Assembly: GCA_963727825.1 (NCBI GenBank) | Contig: CAVSHO010000001.1 | Coordinates: 64,001 to 128,000, forward strand | Direction: 5' to 3' | Source: Ignavibacteriota bacterium | GTDB taxonomy: Bacteria; Bacteroidota; Ignavibacteria; UBA10030 | DNA: 64,000 bases | Shown: one piece after another, positions 1 through 12,620 of the stretch | Layout: each line of letters starts with the position of its first letter | Numbering within the stretch: the first letter of the stretch is position 1 | Made by a program: the position numbers and the translations under genes | The notes under the pieces: generated by a model | What the model was told of the DNA's origin: nothing | What the model saw: the letters and a program-made list of their open reading frames with translations, nothing else | Database searches by the model: none

Positions 1-1
1 C

Positions 2-1339
2 AGTCAGGATGGTGCACAAGAAGGAGACGCTGTATTTGTTATCGGAAATCCCGGCAGAACAAACCGTTTAAAATCGGTGGCACAGTTGGAATATCTTCGT
101 GATGTTATCTATCCAGCAAATATCGAGACGTATGAGAAAGTTGGAACAATCTATTCATCGTATATTGCAGCTCATCCCGAAGCAAAATTAAAATATCTCA
201 ATACAATCTTCGGGTTAGAAAACTCACGAAAAGCTATTACAGGACAATTAAACGGTTTGCAAGATCCTGTGCTGATGGCAAAGAAAAAAGACTTTGAAAA
301 AAAGTTTCAAAACGCATTGCATGATAAACCTGCCTTGACTGTGAAGTACGGCAATCCGTGGAGTGATATTGCGCAGTACCAAGCCGAGCTTACAGGGCTC
401 TATCCGAAATTCGACGCTCTAAGATTTCGTGGACGAAACTTCCCTAAATATTTGTCATTGACAGCCGATCTTGTAAATGCAGCTAATCGATCTAAAGATT
501 CGATTGCAGATTCGACACGAATAAAATTCTATCCTTCTAATTTAACGCCAGAAGTCGAGAAACGACTACTTGCATTCCGATTGAGTATTATGGAGCGTGC
601 GTTGGCAGGAAAGGATGAAGCGTTTGACAAACTGATGGCGGGAAGGACACCTGAGAAGGCGGCAGAAGATTTGAGCTCAAATTCAGTCATAGCATCAAAA
701 GAGAAAACACAAGCATTGCTTGTCGGAAAACCGGAAGATATTCTCCAATCAAACGATCCTTTAATTGCGTTTGTTGTTGCCGAACAGACGCATGTAAAAG
801 AAATTCAGAAAAAATATGACAACACCAATGAAAAACTTCAAGCGTGTGAACAAATACTTGGCGATGCAATGTACGAAGTCTATGGAACACAAATTCCACC
901 AGATGCAACATTCACACTTCGTATTGCGGATGGCATAGTAAAAGGATACGAATACAACGGGACTATAGCTCCCCCTGTTACAACATTCTATGGATTATAC
1001 GATCGGTACTATTCGTTTGGCAGGAAAGACCCGTGGAAACTGTCGGAGCGTTGGATGAATCCGCCGGCAACGTTTAAGATGAACACGCCGATGAACTTCG
1101 TTTCAACGAATGACATCATTGGCGGTAATTCCGGAAGTCCTGTAATTAATAAAAATTTGCAAATAGTTGGATTGATTTTTGATGGCAATATTGAAAGTCT
1201 GCCAGGGGATGTTATCTTTGACGATACAAGTAATAGATCTGTTGCAGTCCATTCTTCGGGATTATTAGAAGGATTGGAGCAAATTTATAAAGTGGAGAGA
1301 ATTGTAAAAGAATTACGCACAGGAAAGATTGAACAGTAA
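2..1339 (+). CDS. S46 family dipeptidyl peptidase (DPP7/DPP11-like), 5'-truncated by window edge
   Basis: Frame open from base 2 (SQDGAQEGDAVFVIGNPGRTNR...); PDATFTLR and catalytic-Ser motif NDIIGGNSGSPV, GLIFDGN. Confidence 0.9.
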   Translation, partial: SQDGAQEGDAVFVIGNPGRTNRLKSVAQLEYLRDVIYPANIETYEKVGTIYSSYIAAHPEAKLKYLNTIFGLENSRKAITGQLNGLQDPVLMAKKKDFEKKFQNALHDKPALTVKYGNPWSDIAQYQAELTGLYPKFDALRFRGRNFPKYLSLTADLVNAANRSKDSIADSTRIKFYPSNLTPEVEKRLLAFRLSIMERALAGKDEAFDKLMAGRTPEKAAEDLSSNSVIASKEKTQALLVGKPEDILQSNDPLIAFVVAEQTHVKEIQKKYDNTNEKLQACEQILGDAMYEVYGTQIPPDATFTLRIADGIVKGYEYNGTIAPPVTTFYGLYDRYYSFGRKDPWKLSERWMNPPATFKMNTPMNFVSTNDIIGGNSGSPVINKNLQIVGLIFDGNIESLPGDVIFDDTSNRSVAVHSSGLLEGLEQIYKVERIVKELRTGKIEQ

Positions 1340-1416
1340 AGATCAAGTTACTCTCGCGAAGATTACTTAACGCAACCTTAGATAATATCTGCAAGGTTCA
1401 ACAAGTGAGTATTTCT

Positions 1417-2367
1417 TTATCCGCGCGGATGAAACGTGCGGTGAACCTCTTTTAAATACTCGCGATCGATATGTGTATAGATTTGTGTTGTGGAGATGTC
1501 GGCATGACCGAGCATTTCCTGTACAGCTCGGAGATCGGCACCTCCTTCTAATAAATGTGTTGCAAACGAATGGCGAAATGTATGCGGGTGAACTTTCTTA
1601 CCGATTCCTGCTGCCAACGAATATTTATCCACTAATTTCCGAATCATATCGCGTGTTAACTTTGTACCGCGTACATTCAGAAAGAGAACATCCTGTGACT
1701 TGCCGGTCCTAGCTAGATGCACGCGCGATTGTTTCTGATATTCCTCGATCCATTGTCTTGCCGAACGTCCAATTGGAACTAAACGTTCTTTTGATCCTTT
1801 GCCATAGACAAGAATCAGTCCGTCTTCAATCATAAGATTTGATTGTGTCAGATTAACTAATTCTGAAACACGAATACCGGTGGCATAGAGGGTTTCAAGC
1901 ATCGCGCGGTCACGAATGCCGATCCGGCTGGATGTATCTGGCTGTTTTAAAATTTCATCTACTTCAAAAATATTTAATACATCGGGCAGATTTTTTTCTT
2001 GCTTCGGTGAGTCAATAATTTGTGTCGGATCATTTTTTACCGCTTCTTCGCCAAGAAGGTATTGATGAAATCCGCGGATGGTGGAGAGAGTGCGCGCTAC
2101 GCTTCGCGGTGAGAGATTTTTCTGATACAGCACAGCTAAAAATTTACTAATGTGCTCTTCCAATACAGCAGATGCTGTTTGAATTCCAATAGAAATGAGA
2201 AAGCTGCGGTACTTGGAAAAATCGAATTTATAAGATGTCAAAGTGTTTTTGGAAAGATTTTTTTCTAAACGAAGGAAATCCAAATAGCTGCGAATTTGGC
2301 GATCAAGATTTGAAATAGTAAATTTTTGTTCTGCCGCTTGTTTCACTATGCGCGATCTTATTTTCAT
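1417..2367 (-). CDS. xerD: Site-specific tyrosine recombinase XerD
   Basis: LYATGIRVSEL, GKGSKERLVP, HTFRHSFATHLLEGGADLRAVQEMLGH, TTQIYTH, ends FHPRG. Confidence 0.93.
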   Translation of the reverse strand: MKIRSRIVKQAAEQKFTISNLDRQIRSYLDFLRLEKNLSKNTLTSYKFDFSKYRSFLISIGIQTASAVLEEHISKFLAVLYQKNLSPRSVARTLSTIRGFHQYLLGEEAVKNDPTQIIDSPKQEKNLPDVLNIFEVDEILKQPDTSSRIGIRDRAMLETLYATGIRVSELVNLTQSNLMIEDGLILVYGKGSKERLVPIGRSARQWIEEYQKQSRVHLARTGKSQDVLFLNVRGTKLTRDMIRKLVDKYSLAAGIGKKVHPHTFRHSFATHLLEGGADLRAVQEMLGHADISTTQIYTHIDREYLKEVHRTFHPRG

Positions 2368-2521
2368 GTATGATATTTATTCCAACAATGATCAATGCCG
2401 AAGGCAAATTACATTGATTCCCGGGAAGGTGCAAGTTGGTACATAGGAAGAAATAATAAACAGAATGTGTTATTAGCTTTGTACATCAACTTTCCGCTGT
2501 GTGCAGAAAATGAGGCGAAAA

Positions 2522-2854
2522 TTATCCCTTTGCTGCTTTTGCCAGAGTATCGAAAATCTGGAATGTGCGGTCAAGGTGAGAGATTTTAAGGAGAGAAAGT
2601 ACTTTTTTCTGTACACCAACCAATTTAACTCTGCCGTTGTTTTCACGCATTTTGCGTTCGGCAATAAGCAGCGCACTCAAGCCAGAACTATCACAGAACT
2701 CAACATTAGAAAGGTCTATTACCAGTTCCTTCAGTTGCGGCTTGCAAAGCAATAGAAATTCTCCTTTGAGTTCCGGAGAAGAAGTCGCGTCAAGCTTTCG
2801 CTCTTTGACTTTTAGTATAGTTGCAATCCCATTTTTCTTTGTTTCAAAATGCAT
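2522..2854 (-). CDS. STAS-domain anti-sigma factor antagonist
   Basis: 110 aa; IDLSNVEFCDSSGLSAL phospho-Ser motif. Confidence 0.9.
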   Translation of the reverse strand: MHFETKKNGIATILKVKERKLDATSSPELKGEFLLLCKPQLKELVIDLSNVEFCDSSGLSALLIAERKMRENNGRVKLVGVQKKVLSLLKISHLDRTFQIFDTLAKAAKG

Positions 2855-2875
2855 ATGCAGACTCCAACAAAAACA

Positions 2876-3430
2876 TTAAAACATATCGAGACATTTTAGG
2901 AGACTCCGATAAGAATACTTATTATTATTTCCTTTGGTTTTAACTTGAAAATTATAGAATTGATCACCATTATTTTTTGCAAAACTGATACGCAAGGGTG
3001 CATTAGATGCTTTACAAAGGAATGCACTTGTTAAAGAAAGATTTAAATTGAGATCCAATGCCACATCGAAGTTACTGTTTTCCATTCTTTGTAACAGTTC
3101 TCGGCGAGGTACAAACCACTTGTTAACATCGCGCACTGAATATGTAAAGGTTTTCATCGGCGGGGCATATGCCATCATAAAAAGTTGATCGTCTCGAATT
3201 ACTACCATAATTTTTTCTGAAGAAAATTTCCGAAGTAGATTCCGAAGAAAAGCTGAAGCCGATTCACCATCAAGCGATGATTCTGGAAATATAACCAAAG
3301 CGCGGCGCGATCGTGTAATTGCATCAGTGAAATTCATTACCCGGTCGTGCTTGTGCCGAAAATGCATCCGCGAGTACAAAAGTCCTACTTTGAATCGAAA
3401 ACCCTCCAACATCTTTATTCTGTACCGCAA
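2876..3430 (-). CDS. Hypothetical protein resembling the N-terminal domain of GT9 heptosyltransferases (DUF6913-like)
   Basis: FDVALDL...AFLCKASNAPLRISF...YN pattern; co-oriented with neighbours. Confidence 0.5.
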   Translation of the reverse strand: MRYRIKMLEGFRFKVGLLYSRMHFRHKHDRVMNFTDAITRSRRALVIFPESSLDGESASAFLRNLLRKFSSEKIMVVIRDDQLFMMAYAPPMKTFTYSVRDVNKWFVPRRELLQRMENSNFDVALDLNLNLSLTSAFLCKASNAPLRISFAKNNGDQFYNFQVKTKGNNNKYSYRSLLKCLDMF

Positions 3431-3436
3431 TTATTG

Positions 3437-4084
3437 TCAGTTTTTCGATCTATCACTTTGAGCTTGCAGCAGTTTTTTAATGAATGATTGATCGAAGAAA
3501 TAATAACGTATCTGAATACTTCCACGGAGAAAGCTATCGTTATTGGAATTCTCCGGACCGTTGTAATACTTTGAACCTGTTAATACGTACTCGCCCATCA
3601 TTGTAACGGACCAGAATTCGCTCAGGAAATAATCAAAGCCCAATCCGCCAATGTAATTTATATCAGAACTTGAAACACCAGGTGCACGTAATCCAGTTGA
3701 TTGTTGCTTTGGATCATAAAATACAGTCCCGCCGCCGCCTAAAAGGAAAATATTAAACGAACTATTCGGCATTAAATCAATAGACAAATATCCGTTTATG
3801 GACATAAGATCTGTGGTGATGGATTGTTTTGCATCATTTTCCCAAGAGAGTTGATTGATACCAATCTTTGAACGGAGACTGAGGCCTTCTATAATAGAAT
3901 AGGTCAAGTTTAATCCGCCGCCGATTGCAGGCGAAGTTGTCACAGATCCAGCACCGAAAACATATTGCATGGAGCCGTCAACTCCAACACCTAATTTTCC
4001 AACCCGTGTTTGCCCGAAACTTGGAACAACGAGAATGAATATAAGGAGCAGCGATATCAGACAGCAAAACGAAGATTTCGACAT
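3437..4084 (-). CDS. Outer-membrane beta-barrel protein (OmpA/OmpW-like small barrel)
   Basis: Signal peptide; alternating amphipathic strands (GGGLNLTY, GGLGFDYF, GSIQIRYYF). Confidence 0.7.
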   Translation of the reverse strand: MSKSSFCCLISLLLIFILVVPSFGQTRVGKLGVGVDGSMQYVFGAGSVTTSPAIGGGLNLTYSIIEGLSLRSKIGINQLSWENDAKQSITTDLMSINGYLSIDLMPNSSFNIFLLGGGGTVFYDPKQQSTGLRAPGVSSSDINYIGGLGFDYFLSEFWSVTMMGEYVLTGSKYYNGPENSNNDSFLRGSIQIRYYFFDQSFIKKLLQAQSDRSKN

Positions 4085-4117
4085 GATACCCTCACAAGTA
4101 AGTGGGTGATGGTGAAT

Positions 4118-6154
<2,037 letters not shown>

Positions 6155-6955
6155 CTAATTCTTAAGGTTAGCTTCAGTAATAACAGCGTTACGAACGACA
6201 GCTCCACGTTTACCAAGAGTGCCGATATCTTTACCGTTTAGTTGGAAAGTCGCGTTGCCTGCATTTCCCATCGTTACAACGAAGCGCTCTTTTGCCGCCC
6301 ATGTCCGTTTTCTTTTTGCGCCCAAAAGATACGTCCCGCTGGTTTTGCCGTCAATAAGAATATTAATCCAAACCGAATCTAGTGTAGTAATCTCTAATCG
6401 CAAGCTATCGGCCTGGGTTATGTTGGTTATCGGAGCAGAATCAGCGGCTGTAGCTGGCTGTGGTATTGATGCGGCTTCATTTTCGCGCACTACGCGATCG
6501 AATGGGACTTCTTCTACCAAAGTACCGGAACTTGGACTTTTATTTATATTTACCAAAACGACAATCAGAACAACAGCTGCAGTAATGAAAAATCCGAAAA
6601 CAATATTGCGTTGAAGAGGTGAAAGTGAAAATTGTTTTTTCTTGCTATCCTGCATCAATGTCTTTTCTTGACGTGAAATTTGTTTTAGGGAGACATCATC
6701 CGATTTTTGAGATGAAGATTCCTGCATAGCAGATTCATATCGTTCCATAACATCGTTCGGATCAAGACCGGTCATTAAAGCATATTCACGAAGAAACGCG
6801 CGCACATATGTTTGAGGAAGAATTTGAAGCTGTCCGCGCTCAATTGCATCGAGAAATTTTAAACTAATGCGCGTCTCGGCAGAAATATCCATCAACGATA
6901 ATTCTTTCTCCAAGCGAGCTTGTTTAAGTTCTTCGCCGAATTGTTCAAGATTCAT
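6155..6955 (-). CDS. rodZ: RodZ-like HTH / transmembrane / DUF4115 protein
   Basis: GEELKQAR...LPQTYVRAFLREYA HTH, one TM helix, MGNAGN..LNG C-terminal motif. Confidence 0.8.
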   Translation of the reverse strand: MNLEQFGEELKQARLEKELSLMDISAETRISLKFLDAIERGQLQILPQTYVRAFLREYALMTGLDPNDVMERYESAMQESSSQKSDDVSLKQISRQEKTLMQDSKKKQFSLSPLQRNIVFGFFITAAVVLIVVLVNINKSPSSGTLVEEVPFDRVVRENEAASIPQPATAADSAPITNITQADSLRLEITTLDSVWINILIDGKTSGTYLLGAKRKRTWAAKERFVVTMGNAGNATFQLNGKDIGTLGKRGAVVRNAVITEANLKN

Positions 6956-7092
6956 AGGGGGAAACCTATGCTACGTACAACTTAATAGAATGCTGGATTT
7001 GCTGTGGCAAAATATTAGCAATTATTCTAACCACTTTCAAGGAGAGACTTATTCTTGTCCAATGAAGAAATGTGTTAAAATTCCAGTGACAT

Positions 7093-8862
7093 TTATTTAA
7101 ATAAATTCTTTTGAATTTCATTCACTAAGCTAGAAGGAACAGCTATTCCAAGTTGTATCGCTTTTTGGCAATGATCTAATGCCGACTGATATTGACCAGA
7201 TTCATAATAGAGGAATGAAAGGTTAAGATGTGCATTACCTATTGTAGGATCTAATCGCAAGGCTTCTTGCCATGCTTTCTCGGCTTTAGTTGGTTCGTGA
7301 GCACTATAATAGAGAATACCTAGATTATATCGAATAGATGCATCTTGTGGGTTGCTTCGGATCGCAGCAAAAAAATTTTCTTCGGATGAAAGAAATAAGC
7401 CACGTGCAAAGTATGCCACAGCGAGTGCATTATTTAGCTCTGGAACAATATAATTTGATTTTTGTTCATTTTTTAAGTTATCAATAATTTTCCATAATTC
7501 TTCTTTCGACACTTCCGTACGCTTAGGTCCTCGCGGTTGTGACGCCTCCTTTATTGCGTTTATTTCATGGTTAAGCTTTTCGGGAACATTCATTCTTGTG
7601 ATATCACTATACAGTCTTGGATCGTTCGGTGATGTAGCGGCATCATATTCCATGAGCGTAAGAGAGTTCTTGAAGTTGAACGTGTGTGTATAGCTAAGCC
7701 ATCCTAAAGAAATAAAAACGAGAAATAATATTGGAGGAAAGTATTTATTTAAATATTCCAATCTGTTTTCATAAGACAGAGAAAGGAGAACGAACAATAT
7801 TCCCATGAACGGAAGATATATTCGGTGCTCATAAAATTTGGGCGGTGTGTGAACTCCAGAATTATAGTAAAATGTGGGGATAAGAAAGGCAAAAAACCAT
7901 ATGAAGCCAAAGATAATAAATTTCCAGTCTCTTCGTTCGGATAGCAAAAGGGCAAGTAAAAACAGACATACAGAAATAATGCCGGCAGTTACATGGATAT
8001 CACTTGAGACAGGGGCAAAAGCAAGATTGAACGGTAAAAATATTTTTCCAAAATAATATACTCCAATCCAAAGATTTGAAATTACAGTTGTCGCTGCCAG
8101 AAGCTTGTTTCCCATAGGCACAATCATTGCAGCAGACCGCAAAATGTACCAGTTGAACAGGACAATTCCCCATCCGACAAGAAAGAGAGCCGTTGTGATT
8201 GAGACTATTTCTTTTCCCTTCAGATTGTAAAAATATAACATGGCAAGAACTGGAAACACAATACTCGTTTCCTTTGTGAACATTGCAAGCGTAAAAAAAA
8301 GAAGATGAATAAAATACCATTTCAGATGAGAGGTTGAAAGAAATTTCATAAATGATATAAAACATAGCAAAATAAGAACAGCAAGCAGAGAATCATTCCT
8401 CCCTGCAATCCATGCAACTGCTTGCGTTAATGCAGGGTGAATACAAAACACAAGCGATCCGAGAAACGATATCGATCTTTTAAAACCAAGCATCTGAAAG
8501 GTAACAAAAAGAAGACAGCAGCTTGCGCAGTGCAAGATGATATCAATCAAATGGTAGCCAAAAGGCATTGTTCCGCTTATTTGTGCGCTGAGAATTAAGG
8601 AAAGAGTTAATAATGGGCGGTATAAGTTACCACCTTGCCCTTGATGACTTACATCCTCCAGAAATGCGTGACCTATATTAGACAAACTATTTATATGTGA
8701 AAAGTTTTCAACTATGAGGAAGTAATCGTCATGATGAGTGTATTCAGAGAATGTGAGAATCTGCAGATAAAGTAAAGAAGCGATAAGTGTTAGCCAAAAG
8801 TAGGGGTGCCAGGAACGTAAAAAGAAATCGTTAACATTAAGGTGTTTTTCCGGTGAATTCAT
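7093..8862 (-). CDS. TMTC-like GT-C protein O-mannosyltransferase with C-terminal TPRs
   Basis: HDD after TM1, YRPL, YHL, IHP..TQAVAWIAGRND, FTKET, EHRIYLP, then TPR repeats. Confidence 0.8.
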   Translation of the reverse strand: MNSPEKHLNVNDFFLRSWHPYFWLTLIASLLYLQILTFSEYTHHDDYFLIVENFSHINSLSNIGHAFLEDVSHQGQGGNLYRPLLTLSLILSAQISGTMPFGYHLIDIILHCASCCLLFVTFQMLGFKRSISFLGSLVFCIHPALTQAVAWIAGRNDSLLAVLILLCFISFMKFLSTSHLKWYFIHLLFFTLAMFTKETSIVFPVLAMLYFYNLKGKEIVSITTALFLVGWGIVLFNWYILRSAAMIVPMGNKLLAATTVISNLWIGVYYFGKIFLPFNLAFAPVSSDIHVTAGIISVCLFLLALLLSERRDWKFIIFGFIWFFAFLIPTFYYNSGVHTPPKFYEHRIYLPFMGILFVLLSLSYENRLEYLNKYFPPILFLVFISLGWLSYTHTFNFKNSLTLMEYDAATSPNDPRLYSDITRMNVPEKLNHEINAIKEASQPRGPKRTEVSKEELWKIIDNLKNEQKSNYIVPELNNALAVAYFARGLFLSSEENFFAAIRSNPQDASIRYNLGILYYSAHEPTKAEKAWQEALRLDPTIGNAHLNLSFLYYESGQYQSALDHCQKAIQLGIAVPSSLVNEIQKNLFK

Positions 8863-8947
8863 TCTACTTCATTTCTTTGGTCGGAGTTTGGTGGCTTTAG
8901 GTGTTGAAAGATATTCTTGATATTAAATCAAGCAACACTATATATAT

Positions 8948-11188
8948 TCAATGAGATATTTTTTCGCTATCGCGGTTTAATGTAAGGCGCATTACTTTAG
9001 AAAGTTCTCCAATTTGATATGGCTTTTGTAAGAATGTATCGCCTGCTGCTTTGCCAAGAGAAGCATCTATAACTCTGTCACCATAACCCGTTGAAATAAC
9101 TACCCGTACATTTGGGTCTATTTTCTTTAACTTTATAAAAGTTTCCTTTCCACTCATTTTTGGCATATTGAGATCGAGAATAACGACGTCGAATCGTTTT
9201 TTCTTTTTATAGAGATTGATTGCTTTCTGTCCGCTATCGACATGTGTAACTTGATATCCGAGACTATCTAACATTCCGTTAATAACGTCTGCAACATCTT
9301 TCTCGTCATCTATCACAAGTACTCGTTCATTGCCGCGTTCGAGTTTTGAAGGCCGCGCCTGCGGTTGAAAATTTTTTGCTGCAGGTATAATTGGAAAATG
9401 TACAGTGAATTCGGCACCATGGTTTAATTCGCTCTGAACGGTAACGAAACCATTATGGGAATTGACAACACCATACACTACAGAAAGCCCCAATCCTGTT
9501 CCTTTTCCTATATCTTTCGTTGTAAAAAATGGTTCGAAGATATGTTGTTGGGTTTTCGTATCCATACCAACGCCAGTATCTGTTATGGAGACGGCAACAT
9601 ATAATCCTTTGTGGATCTCAGGCGTGGCAGTTGGATCATCGTCTACCTGTTTGATTTTGCTTTGGACAGTGATAGTCCCTCCATCCGGCATGGCATCCCG
9701 AGCGTTGATGAGCAAGTTGAGAAATGCTTGTTGAAGTTGTCCGTCATCACCATTAATGATGCACACTTCGTCTGTTAATTTTTTCTCAGTAAGAATTGTC
9801 TTATCGGTGCTGCGTTCGAAAAGCCGCAGTGTTTCTTCGATAATATCATTTACCACTATAGGCCGGAATTGCACATTGCTCTTGCGTGCGAACGTTAACA
9901 GCTGTCGTGTTAAACTGGCACCACGCCGAGCGGCAGTCTCAATTATGTCAGCGAAGCGATACCAACGATCATCATGTTTCATCTTTCGCTTCATAATTGA
10001 AGTTGAGCCAAGAATTGAAGTGAGGATATTGTTAAAGTCATGAGCAATTCCGCCGGCAAGATTTCCAATGCTGTCGATGCGTTGAGCATGAATGATTTTC
10101 GCTTCGAAAGCTTTTTGTTCTGTGATATCACGTGCCACTGCGCGCACAAAGGGTTGTCCGGTTTCATCCAGAATTATAGAAGCGTTAATGCTTACGTCAA
10201 TTAATTCGCCGTTTTTTGCTGTAAATTTTTCCTCCAGGCCTTTGATTCCTTTGTTCCAGTTAAAGATATTATTAAGATTCTGTTGCGCTTCTTTTCGGTA
10301 TTCTGGTGGATATAGTTTCAAAATAGACTCGCCGACTAATTCCTCTTTACTATATCCCAATCGTGTCGCTTCTGTCTTGTTACAACTGATAATTATGCCA
10401 GCTTTGTTGAAAATGTGAGACATATCCGGCGAATTTTCAAAGAGATCAATGTAACGCTCTTCCGATTTATGGACTTGCTCAAATAGCATGGCATTTTCCA
10501 TAGCAATACCGATCTGGTTGGCGAATGCCATGATTAAAGCAATTTGTTTATTGGAGAATGCATCTCGATTTCTGCTTCCCAAAACGATCAGTCCGGACAT
10601 CTGGTCTTTCATCATAATTGGTACTGATGCTAATGATCCAATAACACCGTATGCCCATGGGTAGCCGTTGCTTGAATCAGATTTCTTTGGCCGTTTCATA
10701 ATACGAGGAGAATGAACCCATCTCATTTTTTCGTGATCAACTCCAATAGCAGTATCTACGACAGCAAAATTTAATTCTTCAGTTCCACGAAGAGCCTTGA
10801 GCACAAGTTGATGGTTTTCTACACTAAATATCCATCCGTACTCTACTTCGAGTAAACGTTTCATTTCGAGAAGAGCATTGTGTAGAAGAAATTGAACACC
10901 AATTGCTCGATTTACGGATTCAGCAAATGTGTTTAGTGCGAGCAATTCTTGTTTTTGCTCTTCAAGCAGTCGCCCATACTTTAATGTGAAGAAGACAATA
11001 ATAAATCCAAATACACCGACGGTAAGAACACTCCCAAATAATAGTAGTTCAAGTGTGTGGCCGCTCGTCATCCGCACAACCACAATTGTTACGAGGGTTA
11101 CTACCACAGCAACAGATATGACGATCTGTGCTTGTTCAACTGGTCCAAGTGAGGTGCGAAGTTTTAGAACGTTACGGAAGTTTGCCAT
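8948..11188 (-). CDS. Hybrid sensor histidine kinase (2 TM-GAF-PAS-HisKA-HATPase-REC)
   Basis: AGGIAHDFNNIL H-box, NLLINARDAM, DTGVGM, GTGLGL, C-terminal receiver. Confidence 0.92.
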   Translation of the reverse strand: MANFRNVLKLRTSLGPVEQAQIVISVAVVVTLVTIVVVRMTSGHTLELLLFGSVLTVGVFGFIIVFFTLKYGRLLEEQKQELLALNTFAESVNRAIGVQFLLHNALLEMKRLLEVEYGWIFSVENHQLVLKALRGTEELNFAVVDTAIGVDHEKMRWVHSPRIMKRPKKSDSSNGYPWAYGVIGSLASVPIMMKDQMSGLIVLGSRNRDAFSNKQIALIMAFANQIGIAMENAMLFEQVHKSEERYIDLFENSPDMSHIFNKAGIIISCNKTEATRLGYSKEELVGESILKLYPPEYRKEAQQNLNNIFNWNKGIKGLEEKFTAKNGELIDVSINASIILDETGQPFVRAVARDITEQKAFEAKIIHAQRIDSIGNLAGGIAHDFNNILTSILGSTSIMKRKMKHDDRWYRFADIIETAARRGASLTRQLLTFARKSNVQFRPIVVNDIIEETLRLFERSTDKTILTEKKLTDEVCIINGDDGQLQQAFLNLLINARDAMPDGGTITVQSKIKQVDDDPTATPEIHKGLYVAVSITDTGVGMDTKTQQHIFEPFFTTKDIGKGTGLGLSVVYGVVNSHNGFVTVQSELNHGAEFTVHFPIIPAAKNFQPQARPSKLERGNERVLVIDDEKDVADVINGMLDSLGYQVTHVDSGQKAINLYKKKKRFDVVILDLNMPKMSGKETFIKLKKIDPNVRVVISTGYGDRVIDASLGKAAGDTFLQKPYQIGELSKVMRLTLNRDSEKISH

Positions 11189-11251
11189 ACTATAGAATCT
11201 TTGTTTGAGCGGTTTGTTTCCAATAAACCAAATTACTTTATTGAAGGTTTC

Positions 11252-11632
11252 TTAAACGGATAAATGTTTGGAGAGAACAGAACTCACTTCGTCTTCATTG
11301 AACGGTTTAATCAAATAATCAACTGCGCCAAGCGTGCGCGCCACTTTGCGAGCATCATAATCATCAATAGCAGAGAAAAATATCACTGGAGTTGAAGAAG
11401 TTAAAGGATTACGTTTCAAGCTATCTACTAGATCGAAACCATTCATATCCGGCATCCGAACATCACTAAAAATCAAATCTGGTCTAAAAGTTTTCAAGGC
11501 TTTCAACGCTTCTGCCCCGCTTCCGGCGGTAAGGACATCATAGCCATGACTTCGGAGGATATGTGAAGTAATCTTCTGCCAAGCCGGCTCGTCGTCTATA
11601 ACGAGTATATGTTTTTTCCTTTTAACGGGCAT
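11252..11632 (-). CDS. Single-domain response regulator (CheY-like)
   Basis: LVIDDE, FSDVRMPDMNG, KPF; start at MPVKRKK preferred (ORF extends to 11665). Confidence 0.88.
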   Translation of the reverse strand: MPVKRKKHILVIDDEPAWQKITSHILRSHGYDVLTAGSGAEALKALKTFRPDLIFSDVRMPDMNGFDLVDSLKRNPLTSSTPVIFFSAIDDYDARKVARTLGAVDYLIKPFNEDEVSSVLSKHLSV

Positions 11633-11849
11633 CTTAGACTCTGTAGTATTATTTTCAAGATACAAAGGAGGAGAATAGAAAGCAAACCTGATTTACGAAT
11701 ACGAAATATTTGATATAATGGAAACAGAGGTAATTCCGTCCTGTGTCATCTTGACTCTGTGCGGTAAATTGTTCCACTCCTTCAAGAAATTGTTGAAGCT
11801 TTTTACGCAGAAAAAGAGGGTGGGTAAACGAAAATTGATCTTGCCCGAT

Positions 11850-11865
11850 TGGTACGAAACTTGGA
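11850..11865 (+). promoter_or_regulatory. Candidate sigma54 (-24/-12) promoter for the first pilin-like gene
   Basis: TGGTACGAAACTTGGA versus consensus TGGCACGNNNNTTGC; correct GG-N10 spacing but GG instead of GC at -12. Confidence 0.45.
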
Positions 11866-11943
11866 GATAATATGCAGTCGAATGAAGAAATAAACAATTA
11901 ACACAATTCACTTTATTACAAACTTTTTATTGGAGGATTTATT

Positions 11944-12324
11944 ATGGGACAACAACAGTTATTACTCATCATCCTGGGCGTTATCATTGTCGGTATCGCA
12001 ATTGCCGTAGGATTGAGCCTGTTCAGTGCGCAAAGTGTTCAGGCAAATCATGATGCAATTATCAATGATTTAAATAATATTTCGGCAAACGCATATCAGT
12101 ACTATATTCGTCCTGCCTCTATGGGAGGTGGCGCAAACTCTTATACAGGATATACTATTCCATCTAGAATGTCGTCTAACGAAAATGCTTCATATGCTGC
12201 TGTCCCTAATGGCACAACCAACTGTGCTATTACAGGTACATCATCTTCGGTAACCGGCGCCACTATATTAGCTACAGTAGATAATACAGGACATGTTGCT
12301 ATAACTACTAGCTATGCTTGGTAA
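11944..12324 (+). CDS. Putative type IV pilin-like protein, MGQQQLLL type (copy 1)
   Basis: Strong RBS GGAGGA; MG-QQQ then ~22-aa hydrophobic helix running into an amphipathic helix; small Ser/Thr/Gly/Asn-rich head; own terminator. CDS is firm, pilin call is inference. Confidence 0.6.
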   Translation: MGQQQLLLIILGVIIVGIAIAVGLSLFSAQSVQANHDAIINDLNNISANAYQYYIRPASMGGGANSYTGYTIPSRMSSNENASYAAVPNGTTNCAITGTSSSVTGATILATVDNTGHVAITTSYAW

Positions 12325-12363
12325 GCTATAGTTCTGAGTGGGATTTATGTGATTTATATATAT

Positions 12364-12407
12364 ATCCCAACCATTTTCTTATTGCAAGTGGTTGGGATTT
12401 TTATTTA
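12364..12407 (+). terminator. Rho-independent terminator
   Basis: ATCCCAACCA...TGGTTGGGAT stem followed by TTTTATTT. Confidence 0.7.
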
Positions 12408-12620
12408 AGTTACATAAAGTGGAATTATATAGTAATTCGGTTGTTTACAATAACATATCTTAAAAGTAGACAACAAGATCAAGCTGTCCCGATTTTATGG
12501 GGATCAGCATATATGTGCAAGACATTATATAGATTCCAATCCCGTTAGGTTGTTACAAATCGGGAAGGAACGGCAGTGTATTATTACGATAGTTAACAGC
12601 AATTCATTAGAGAATTTATC

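Noticed and set aside
1417-2367. Tyrosine recombinase as a phage or island integrase
   Set aside because: Motifs and the FHPRG end match chromosomal XerD; neighbours are housekeeping genes; no att site or tRNA seen.
12480-12570. Degenerate TCCCG...CGGGA hairpins between the two pilin-like genes as a recombination or inversion site
   Set aside because: Too degenerate to support; more likely eroded REP copies, and no invertase is adjacent.
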